64,000 nucleotides of DNA from an uncultured Alphaproteobacteria bacterium (GTDB lineage: Bacteria; Pseudomonadota; Alphaproteobacteria; Rhizobiales; Xanthobacteraceae). Both the position numbers and the translations under genes were made by a program. The notes under the pieces were generated by a model. The model did no database searches and was not told the origin of the DNA. It saw only the letters and a program-made list of their open reading frames with translations. The DNA is taken from positions 222,399-286,398 of the forward strand of contig CAWGYY010000004.1 of assembly GCA_963826945.1 (NCBI GenBank), in the 5' to 3' direction. This document shows, piece by piece, positions 56,539 to 64,000 of this stretch. Within the stretch, counting starts at the first letter, position 1. The number at the start of each line of letters is the position of its first letter.

Positions 56539-57432
56539 ATGGCTCCGCATGTGCTCAACGCCGTGACCATCGATATCCTGGTCGAGCAGCCGCGGGCGGA
56601 ATTCGATCTCAACTGGCTGTTCCCGAAAAATACCTTCGAGCAATTCATGGAACAGCGCGACTGGATGGTGCCGCGCTTCTTCGATCCGGAAAAACGAAAG
56701 GTGCTGTTGAGCATCCACACTTACGTCATTCGCACCAAGACATCACACCATCCTGTTCGACACCTGCTGCGGCAATCACAAGGAGCGCGGCGGCGTTTAT
56801 CCGTTCCACATGGTCGACACGCCGTATCTCGAAAATCTCGCCGCCATGGGCTGCAAGCCCGAGAGCATCGACTTCGTCATGTGCTCGCATCTGCATGCCG
56901 ATCACATCGGCTGGAACACGCGGCTGCAGGACGGCAAATGGATTCCAACGTTTCCCAAGGCGAAATATCTCGTCAGCCGCGACGAGGCCGCTTATTGGGA
57001 AGCCGCGGTCAGGGATAAGAAGACAATTCCGTTTGCCATCGCCGCGTATGAAGACAGCGTCGCGCCCGTCATTGCCGCCGGCCAGTTCGTGACTGGTCGA
57101 CGGCAAGGACGGAGTCGCGTCGTTGCTCGGCGACGAATTCCAGCTCTATCCGCTCGCTCGGACACACGCCGGGCCATACCGGGCTGTTCGTCGAGAGCGG
57201 CGAGAGCCGCGCGCTCCTGACCGCCGACGCGCTCCACTCTCCGATCCAGATTCCTGCATCCGGAGTGGAGCACGTCCGGCGATCGCGATCGCAACATGGC
57301 GGAGCAGACCCGCCGGCACATCATCGAGACCTACACCGATGCGGACGTTCTGCTGATGACCGGACACTTTCCGGCGCCGTCGGTCGGCCGTCTCGTATCG
57401 GCCGGGGGCGTGCCTGAGTTTCGCTTCGTGTA
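56539..57432 (+). pseudogene. MBL-fold metallo-hydrolase, at least 4 frameshifts
   Basis: Pieces in three frames: MAPHVLNAVTIDILVEQ..., HHTILFDTCCGNHKERGG...VMCSHLHADHIGWNT..., GDEFQLYP, TPGHTGLFVESGESRALLTADALHSPIQI, HPEWSTSGDRDRNMAEQTRRHIIETYTDADVLLMTGHFPAPSVGRL...FRFV*. Shifts are near 56740, 57087, 57165 and 57255. Confidence 0.7.
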
Positions 57433-57583
57433 GCGCCGCTCCTTTCGGCCGCATGGCAGATGCGCAGACGGCGAAATCCGGTTTCGCAGAGCGGCAGGCC
57501 GCGATAAGAAGCTGACAACACACAATCAGGGCCGCCGTGTCGCGCGGGTCGTGTTCGCGAAAAGCCGGATCGCCGGGAGAGAA

Positions 57584-58621
57584 ATGATGCCGGAGGACGC
57601 CGCCGCCGCGGGAAGCTGGCAGCTCTTGCGCACCATGCTGCGCATGCGCCGCTTCGAGGAGGCGGTGTTTCAGCTTTCCGCCGAGCGGAAGTTCGCCGGC
57701 CACTTTCACATCTACATCGGCCAGGAAGCGGCGGGGGCCTCGATCATCGCCGCGCTCGAAGCGCGCGACCGGCTCGCCACCACGCATCGCAACCACGGCC
57801 ACGTCATCGCGCGCGGCGCCGATCCGGCGAAGGCGCTGGCGGAGATTTTGGGACGCGCCGGCGGGCTCAACGGCGGCCGCAGCGGCACGCTGCATCTCTG
57901 CGATCCTTCGCTCGGCTTCATTTCGACCTCGGCGGTGGTCGGCGGCTGCATCTCGCTCGCGGTCGGCGCCGGTTATGCCTGCAAGCAGGCCGGCGACGGC
58001 GCGGTGGCGGCCGCGTTCTTCGGCGATGGCGCGCTCGAAGAGGGTGTCAGCTACGAGGCGATGAATATCGCGTCGCTGATGCGGCTGCCGGTGCTGTTCG
58101 TCTGCGAGAACAACAGCGCCGATGCCTGGGGTTCGGCGCGCGGCGGTTATCCGACTTTGGTTCACGCCGGCGGCGCTGATCTCCTGCAGATCCCGAGAGC
58201 GCTCGGCATCGAGGCCGTCCGCGTCAACGGCACCGATTGCGAGGAGATTTCGGCGGCGGCGATTGCGGCAATCGCCAAATGCCGCGACGGAAGCGGCCCG
58301 GTTTTCATCGAGAGCGTCACCAAAAGATGGGCCGGCAGCAATCCGCTGTGGCCGGCGCTGGTGACGGGCGAGACCGACATCCGCATGGCGACCGGCGAGG
58401 CGCCGATCGCCGGCGAACACGCCGACTGGTACCGCTATCACGACCCGGTGCTGCGGCTGGCGCGGTCGCTCGCCGCGCAGGGCGCGGATGCCGTCGGCCG
58501 CCTGCATTTGTACGATGCGGAAATTCGCGAAGACATGAAGCGCGCGATCAAGGAGGCGCTGGAGAGCCCGTTCCCCGAAGCTGAAACCGCGCTCGACGAC
58601 GTGTTCGCGGGTCACGCGTGA
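57584..58621 (+). CDS. thiamine-diphosphate-dependent 2-oxoacid/acetoin dehydrogenase E1 alpha subunit
   Basis: LRMRRFEEAV...HFHIYIGQEA...HRNHGHVIARG...FFGDGALEEGVSYEAMNIASL...LFVCENN; intact. Confidence 0.85.
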   Translation: MMPEDAAAAGSWQLLRTMLRMRRFEEAVFQLSAERKFAGHFHIYIGQEAAGASIIAALEARDRLATTHRNHGHVIARGADPAKALAEILGRAGGLNGGRSGTLHLCDPSLGFISTSAVVGGCISLAVGAGYACKQAGDGAVAAAFFGDGALEEGVSYEAMNIASLMRLPVLFVCENNSADAWGSARGGYPTLVHAGGADLLQIPRALGIEAVRVNGTDCEEISAAAIAAIAKCRDGSGPVFIESVTKRWAGSNPLWPALVTGETDIRMATGEAPIAGEHADWYRYHDPVLRLARSLAAQGADAVGRLHLYDAEIREDMKRAIKEALESPFPEAETALDDVFAGHA

Positions 58622-59608
58622 TGAGCAAGACCACGACATTCGCGGCCGCGTTCGTCGAAGCGCTGCACGACGGGCTCCGCGCCGATCCGCGCGCCAGCAT
58701 TGTCGGCGGCTATGTGCTGGGGCTCGGTCCGGAGCGGCAATTGATGGACCGCATCCGCAACGATTTCCCGGACCGGGTGATCGATCCGCCGACCTCGGAA
58801 GCCGCCATTGCCGCGCTCGGCGCCGGCGCCGCGATGGCGGGTGCGCATCCGTTCGTCGATCTCGGCACCGGCGAGCTTTGCCTATCTGGCGTGGTCGCAG
58901 CTCGCCAACGAAGCGGCGGTGGCGCACTACATGACCGGCGGCCGGCTGAACGTGCCGGTGACGTTTCATTTTCTGCACGGCGTGCGCGGCTCAGGCGCCG
59001 CGCAGCACAGCCACTCGCCGCACGCCATGCTGACCAACGTGCCGGGGCTCGAGATCGTGGCGCCGTCGACGCCGGCGGACGCCTACGGTCTCGTTCGCGC
59101 CGCGATGGCAAGCCCGAATCCGACGCTCGTGGTCAACCACGCGCGGCTCCTTGGCGTCGAAGGCCCGATGCCCGAGGAGCGCGCGCCGCTGCCGCTCGGC
59201 CGCGCCGACGTCAAGCGGCGCGGACGCGACGTGACGATTTGCGCCGTGTCGCTGATGGTGCAATACGCGCTCGCCGCCGCGGAGCATCTGGCGCGCGACG
59301 GCATCGACGTCGAGGTGATAGATCCGCGCTCGCTGGTGCCGTTCGATGAGACGACGCTGCTGGAATCCGTCGCCAAAACCGGACGGCTCGTGGTGGCCGA
59401 CGAAGCGCCGCTGACCGGCGGGCTCGCTTCGTCGATCGCCGGCCTCGTCGCCGAGCGCGGCTTCTGGTCACTGAAAGCGCCGATCGCCCGCGTCGCCCGC
59501 ACCGATACGCCGGTGCCTTATAGTCCGCCGCTGGAAAAATTCGTCACGCCCGACGCGGCCAAGATCGAGGCCGCGGTGCGGCGCACATTGGCGGAGCAAA
59601 GGCCGTAA
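58621..59608 (+). pseudogene. E1 beta subunit, 1-nt insertion near 58870
   Basis: MSKTTTFAAAFVEALHDGL...DPPTSEAAIAALGAGAAMAG in frame 1. It continues as ASFAYLAWSQLANEAA...PGLEIVAPSTPADAYGL...VIDPRSLVPFDETTL in ORF 58808..59608. Confidence 0.85.
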
Positions 59609-59743
59609 TCGCAGCGGTCATGGCCGGATTTGACACTGCCATCTACGCTTTATCTTATCCGGTGGACAACGGAAGACGCGGATGCGGCAGTACCGCTTAC
59701 GACAAGCCGTTCGGCAATTCGTGAGTTGCAAAGGGGACCAGAA

Positions 59744-60010
59744 ATGCCGACCATTTCGTGGTTCTATGGCATCGCCATCCGGATGTATTTCCTCGATCAT
59801 CCGCCGCCGCACTTCCAGGCGGTCTACGGAGAGCATGAGGCAAATATCGCCATAGAAACCGGGGAAGTGATCGAAGGATATTTGCCGCCGACCGCGGCGC
59901 GTCTGGTTAAGCAATGGGCGGTCGCGCATAAGGCCGAATTGAAGGCGAATTGGGACCGCGCGCGTGCTAGAATAGCCCTCGAACGAATAGTGGGTCTCGA
60001 TGCTGACTAA
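59744..60010 (+). CDS. DUF4160 domain protein
   Basis: MPTISWFYGIAIRMYFLDHPPPHFQAVYGEHEANIAIETGEVIEG; the family is recalled from its N-terminal signature. Confidence 0.8.
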   Translation: MPTISWFYGIAIRMYFLDHPPPHFQAVYGEHEANIAIETGEVIEGYLPPTAARLVKQWAVAHKAELKANWDRARARIALERIVGLDAD

Positions 60011-60269
60011 GATCAAGCGCCTCGAGAAAATCGGCGGCTTCCGCCTGCGCGTTCACTTCGGTGACGGCAGTATGGGCGAGCACGATTTCTCTTCGATGGT
60101 CAACGGGACGGGCCCGATGGTCGAACCTTTGCGTGACGAAGCCTATTTTGCGCGCGTCTTTCTCGAATTCGGCGCGCCGACGTGGCCGAATGGCTTTGAC
60201 ATCGCGCCGGAATGGCTGCGCCGGGAGATGGAGAAGGCCGGCGAGCTGCGCCGCGAGGCAGCGGAATAA
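60000..60269 (+). CDS. DUF2442 domain protein
   Basis: Overlaps the DUF4160 gene by 11 nt: RLRVHFGDGSMGEHDFSS...FLEFGAPTWPNGFDIAPEWL. This is the usual two-gene pairing with DUF4160. Confidence 0.8.
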   Translation: MLTKIKRLEKIGGFRLRVHFGDGSMGEHDFSSMVNGTGPMVEPLRDEAYFARVFLEFGAPTWPNGFDIAPEWLRREMEKAGELRREAAE

Positions 60270-60310
60270 AAAATTCTCCTCACCCAGCCCCGCTGAATGT
60301 TTCCAGCTTC

Positions 60311-60395
60311 CGCCGCCGTCATGGCCGGAACTCGTGCCGGCCATCCATGTCTTGTTGTTTGTCAGTCGGCAGGAAAGACGCGGATGCCCGTGTCG
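60311..60395. repeat. REP-type palindromic element
   Basis: The hairpin ATGGCCGG-aactcgtg-CCGGCCAT (60321-60344) is followed by an imperfect arm pair CCATCCATGTCTT ... AAGACGCGGATGCC. It translates to the ...KTWMAGTS..GHD... junk peptide typical of Bradyrhizobiaceae REPs. Confidence 0.5.
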
Positions 60396-60510
60396 CCCGC
60401 GCCGTATAGTCCGTTGGAAAAATTCGTCACCCGGATGCGGCCAAGATCGAGGCCGCGGTACGGCGGACGCTGGCGGAGCGAAGGCCGTAACGGCAGCCGT
60501 CATGGCCGGA
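60373..60510 (+). pseudogene. degenerate second copy of the E1-beta 3' end
   Basis: About 80-85% identical to 59472-59628, with a 14-nt gap and small indels. It keeps ...PYSP-LEKFVT..DAAKIEAAVRRTLAE.RP* and the downstream CGTCATGGCCGGA. Confidence 0.5.
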
Positions 60511-60783
60511 CAACAGGCGCGAAGCGCCGTCTTTCCGTCAAATGTTCCGCCTGCGGGTCGTAGTCGTCTAGTGCATTTAAGCGTGGGCTGTGCCCTTCGG
60601 CGGACGAAGGTCCGGCCAGCCACGTCTTTGGCCTCGCGTCGGCCATTGCTAAGTTCTTACGTAAGGGCACCGCAGCATGAACGTGAAAGTGCGCAACATC
60701 GAACTGGATGTGCTTCCCCAAAAGCTTTACTTTCGCAATCTACAATTCATTTGCCGGCATCATCGCGTTCCTAAATCGCCGAC

Positions 60784-60981
60784 TTAATTTTTTCGCGCTC
60801 GCCTCTTCTTACTTTTCCGAACGGTCAACTTCTTTCCACTAATGTGGCGAGACTCGCCGTTCCGCTTTGGGATCGCCTTTAGTGGCGTCGGCGGACCTGC
60901 AAACGCCCTCGCAAAATAGCATCTGTCCGGCGCCCAATTTCTTCTTCGGAAAACGAATCTTGCGATTGCTTTCGCGCCATG
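60784..60981 (-). pseudogene. small basic hypothetical protein, possibly frameshifted near 60900
   Basis: MARKQSQDSFSEEEIGRRTDAILRG stops after 33 aa. The continuation AFAGPPTPLKAIPKRNGESRHISGKKLTVRKSKKRRARKN is in the frame of ORF 60784..61029. Confidence 0.3.
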
Positions 60982-61240
60982 AAGCCTCCGTAAACCATTG
61001 CGCAATTGCGACGTTTGCAAATAGCTCAATGATTAGTATATGTTGTTCGTAGGAAGGCGGCGCCGCCAGGAGCCTATCCCCGACGACGCCTACAACCTCA
61101 TGCAGCTATTGTTGCATGTACCACCTCCCGGACCGGCTTCACGGCCTTTCGCTGGTGGTTCCACGTGCGACGGCTAGTCTCACGGCTCGAATGCCGAAGG
61201 GTGACTTTGGTAGAGGCATCCCTTCGACGGCTCATATGAG

Positions 61241-61274
61241 GCGCTCTCCTTGCGGAGGGCGCTTCATTCGTTTT
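61241..61274 (+). terminator. hairpin + T-tract (Rho-independent terminator-like)
   Basis: GCGCTCTCC-ttgc-GGAGGGCGC followed by TTCATTCGTTTT. It overlaps the stop of the convergent minus-strand ORF at 61264. Confidence 0.45.
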
Positions 61275-62019
61275 GGGCTTTGGCAAACTGGACAACATTG
61301 TCTTCAACCTTGGCCGCAGCCGATTCTCTTAGCTTCTGTCCTTCTTTTTTTAGTTCTCGCGCGCTAATTCCGTTCTCATAGAGAACAGGTGTCGAGATTT
61401 TCAATGTCTTGCAAACCACCGCGAGCGTCGCTCCGTTGCGCAGCATTTCTCTGACTTGTTCTAACTTCTCTGGCGTAGCTTTCTTGCGCGGGCCCCACGA
61501 GGCAAGGCCCTCTTTGCGGCGTTTTGCGATTCCTTCAGCAGTCCGCCGGCCATGCTCTTTGGTAGATCGGCCACCAGTGCCATTAGTTTTCGCAAGCGCC
61601 TTTTCGATTTGTTTTGTTTTGCGGGACGATTTGGATCTCAGATAATATTTGGCCCAACCGATATTATAAACGTCAGGGTTTGCAACCATCGCCTTTTTGA
61701 GGGCGGCGCGAACAGCGCGGACCGGTTCGTCGCTCTCAAATTCACGACCAGCCCGCTTCAACCCAGCCACAATCTCTTTAGCGGTCTGGGGTTCATCGCA
61801 TGTTTCAAGATAAACTGGCATTGCGTCGGTGAGCGGCCATTTAACGAGGCGCACATCGTCAGGCGCGCTCTCAGTTTTGGAAACCGGCGCTTCAACGGCC
61901 GCGCTCGTAAGCTCCCGTTCCGTCTCTTCCAGAAGGTCGAGATATTCTCGGGTCGCTCGGAGGCGCTCAGCGCGCACCTCCTCGATCGTCATATTTGAAA
62001 CCGTCTTATGGGCCGTCAT
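61264..62019 (-). CDS. hypothetical DNA-binding protein with resolvase-type C-terminal HTH
   Basis: KATPEKLEQVREMLRNGATLAVVCKTLKISTPVLYENGI near the C-terminus. AT-rich surroundings. Start uncertain (62019, 62055 or 62130). Confidence 0.55.
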   Translation of the reverse strand: MTAHKTVSNMTIEEVRAERLRATREYLDLLEETERELTSAAVEAPVSKTESAPDDVRLVKWPLTDAMPVYLETCDEPQTAKEIVAGLKRAGREFESDEPVRAVRAALKKAMVANPDVYNIGWAKYYLRSKSSRKTKQIEKALAKTNGTGGRSTKEHGRRTAEGIAKRRKEGLASWGPRKKATPEKLEQVREMLRNGATLAVVCKTLKISTPVLYENGISARELKKEGQKLRESAAAKVEDNVVQFAKAQNE

Positions 62020-62884
62020 GGCTTCACCGAAGCGCGAATTGAGTCGTGCTCTCATTACATAATCATATCGTCGGCAGCATGAAATTACAATAGTAGGCCC
62101 GAACTCATCAGTCCTTTTTCTATATATCAATCAAACAGATTGTTTTTCAACTAGTTACGCCGGATAACGCGGAAAAGGCCCATATGTGGGGCTGTGGCGT
62201 CAACTACTTAATTCCCTCTAAGATTGGTCGGGACCATTGGCCGGATTTGATTCGTGGCCAAAGTTCGAGTTGCCAGTTCCGCCAGGTGATCGTGGGGAAG
62301 TTCGGTTGCACGCTCTGTTAGCGCCTTGAGCGCGTTCAGCAGTGCGACAGCGGTCTCAGTTACATTGACATCCGTCCCCATTTCTGCTACTCAGTGACCA
62401 TCCCGCTCATCGAATTATGAGGGACGCTTCTCGAGACGATCCCTGAAGCGGAGCGGGTGCGGTTCCTGCGGGCGAAGCTCGTCACTTCGCTCCCGGGCGG
62501 TCCGGGCATCAAAGCAGTGGACGCAGTTTGCGCAAATGCAAACTGGCAAATAACCGCTGCTATGCCCCGCCGGCATTACGACCGGCGCGCAAGGTGCCTT
62601 GCTTAAGCGCGAATGACGGTGCGGGTAACGCCCGCATCCTCTCGTTCGCGTGAAGCGCGGCCTGGGCTGAGCTGGAGCGTTCGCTCGCTCCGGCAAGCGC
62701 CGCAGTGGAGCGCCGAAAGGCGAGCGCGCCTTCGCAAGGCGCGCGCCGCGTCGCAAGATGCGGCCATGGTTGGATGCGCCTCTCGGCGCTCCGCTTCCCT
62801 CTTTTTGTTGTTTGTCTTTTTCTTGGGCGTGGTGGTTGGCAAGCCTCGGGCGCGTGCGCGCCGCGGGAACGTTTCCTGTTGCCC

Positions 62885-62985
62885 GTCATCCTGAGGCGCG
62901 AGCGCCAGCGAGCCTCGAAGGACGACGGCCCGAGCGCTGTGGCCTGCATCCTTCGAGGGCCGCTTCGCGGCCGCCTCAGGATGAG
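62885..62985. repeat. approx 100-bp imperfect palindrome (REP element)
   Basis: Outer arms GTCATCCTGAGGCG / CGCCTCAGGATGAG; inner arms CCTCGAAGGA / TCCTTCGAGG. Confidence 0.6.
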
Positions 62986-63041
62986 GGATTCGGGTTTGCG
63001 CTGCGAGAATGAATTTGTTTGTCCGCCCCCGCGCAGTGAAA

Positions 63042-63168
63042 CGGAGCGGGGAGGGGGACCGTCCGAAAGGACGGTGGAGGGGGCATGCGGCGGCGGAGCG
63101 GTGCGGCCGGCGCCCCTCCCGCCATCCTTCGCTCGCTGCGCAAGCTGCGGATGGTCCCCCCTCCCCGC
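63042..63168. repeat. long palindromic REP-like element
   Basis: Arms AGCGGGGAGGGGGACC / GGTCCCCCCTCCCCGCT, with an inner hairpin CCGTCC-gaaa-GGACGG. Confidence 0.5.
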
Positions 63169-63210
63169 TGTCGCGGGGCGGGATGAAGCGAGAGAAGCGC
63201 GGAGAGACGG

Positions 63211-63561
63211 ATGCCGAAAAAACGGCGGAAGGGAAAATCGAGCCGGCGCGGCCTGTTCTGGAAGCGCCGGACACCGGACGACGAAAGAGCGCTACGGGAA
63301 GCCGCGTTCGCTGCGATCAAGCGCCTCTATGCGGAATCGCTGCCGCTGTGGCGCGCGTGCGGCCGCGGCTTCTGCCGGCGGCACAAACAATGCGCCGGCG
63401 AGGCCGCTCCTTGTGTGAAGCGCGCCTGGCCGCTGATGCCGCCGGAGGTGCAAAAGCGCGCTTACGAGGAGGTGAGGCGCGGCGGCCCGCGGCGGCTGCC
63501 GCCGGCCACGTATCTGGAGTGGCGCCTGCGGGGCTATCCGCCGACGAATTTCGTCCGTTGA
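63211..63561 (+). CDS. hypothetical Cys-containing basic protein
   Basis: 116-aa ORF MPKKRRKGKSSRRGLFWKRRTPDDERALREAAFAAIKRLYAESLPLWRACGRGFCRRHKQCAG. Confidence 0.5.
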   Translation: MPKKRRKGKSSRRGLFWKRRTPDDERALREAAFAAIKRLYAESLPLWRACGRGFCRRHKQCAGEAAPCVKRAWPLMPPEVQKRAYEEVRRGGPRRLPPATYLEWRLRGYPPTNFVR

Positions 63562-63584
63562 CGCGCCGCCATGGAACGCGTCGA

Positions 63585-63974
63585 TCAGTTCATTCTGGCT
63601 ACGCGCCTTTGCCAAATAACGAAGATCGGCGCGCCGACGATCTCCAGAATGGTAAAGCCGATAAACGGCGCCGGCGGCAGTCCGACCAACAACATGGAGA
63701 CGATCCGACCGATGCCGCCAATGAAGATCATTCCCCAGATGACACGAAACAGCAGCGTATGCTGTTCGATTCTCGGGACCAGCCACAGGATCGCGAGGCC
63801 CAATCCGAGCCACACCCCGGCAAAGAAGCGCAAATTACTGTCAAGCAACGCATTCGCCGGCAGTCCGAGCGACGCGTAAATCGGATCGCTTACTCCCGAC
63901 ATTCCGATCAGCCCGGTGGCGACAGGCACCAGCCCAAGAAAGGCGGTCACTATTTGAAGGGCGCGCCGCTCCAT
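63585..63974 (-). CDS. small 4-TM membrane protein (DUF4345-like)
   Basis: MERRALQIVTAFLGLVPVATGLIGM...FFAGVWLGLGLAILWLVP...VIWGMIFIGGIGRIVSMLLVG...FTILEIVGAPIFVIWQRR. Confidence 0.7.
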   Translation of the reverse strand: MERRALQIVTAFLGLVPVATGLIGMSGVSDPIYASLGLPANALLDSNLRFFAGVWLGLGLAILWLVPRIEQHTLLFRVIWGMIFIGGIGRIVSMLLVGLPPAPFIGFTILEIVGAPIFVIWQRRVARMN

Positions 63975-64000
63975 CCAGTCTTCAGGCAGGCTCTAGTCGA

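Noticed and set aside
57146-58978. 610-aa ORF antisense to the E1 alpha/beta genes
   Set aside because: Shadow ORF with extreme Arg/Ala content; the plus strand carries the TPP-enzyme motifs.
62603-63418. 223-aa (-) and 237-aa (+) ORFs
   Set aside because: They lie entirely within REP-type palindromes, and the translations are the characteristic REP junk peptides.

Overview
The window looks like alphaproteobacterial, Rhizobiales-like chromosomal DNA: GC-rich, with Bradyrhizobiaceae-type palindromic REP elements. No tRNA, rRNA or CRISPR is visible. (1) 1-37 kb is a stress / low-oxygen / carbon-storage neighbourhood. It holds an MFS transporter, a UPF0182 membrane protein, a general-stress membrane protein, PRC-barrel proteins, STAS-like proteins, a phasin, phaC, an SDR, a thiolase, a Zn-ADH, a DUF3141 protein, a pta-like gene, ackA, uspA, ldhA, an APC permease, a FixK-like Crp/Fnr regulator, a 1494-aa CheB-CheR-PAS-HK-REC-REC-LuxR protein, an aquaporin, a GNAT and a RegA/ActR regulator. 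Several near-perfect FixK/FNR boxes sit in its intergenic regions. So does a second, unassigned 22-nt motif that recurs upstream of at least 8 genes, always in the sense orientation. (2) 38.7-43.0 kb is a noncoding tandem array of about 19.6 near-identical 221-bp units with stops in all six frames. A decayed mscS lies to its left. To its right, an 80-bp spacer separates it from a small ORF carrying the three HUH rolling-circle Rep motifs. (3) 43-51.6 kb is a more AT-rich, island-like segment. It carries a phage terminase-small-subunit-like gene, a translationally coupled pair of a 1200-aa HTH + gamma-class N6-adenine methyltransferase and a PD-(D/E)xK nuclease, and IS110 and SRAP remnants. (4) 51.9-59.6 kb is a gentisate-type aromatic and dehydrogenase cluster in which almost every gene is broken by 1-nt indels. 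The phaC, SDR, thiolase and ackA genes are broken the same way, whereas very long ORFs elsewhere are intact. (5) 59.6-64 kb holds a DUF4160/DUF2442 cassette bracketed by two copies of the E1-beta 3' end, REP palindromes and a few hypothetical genes. All functional calls come from reading the translations against remembered family motifs; no database search was run.
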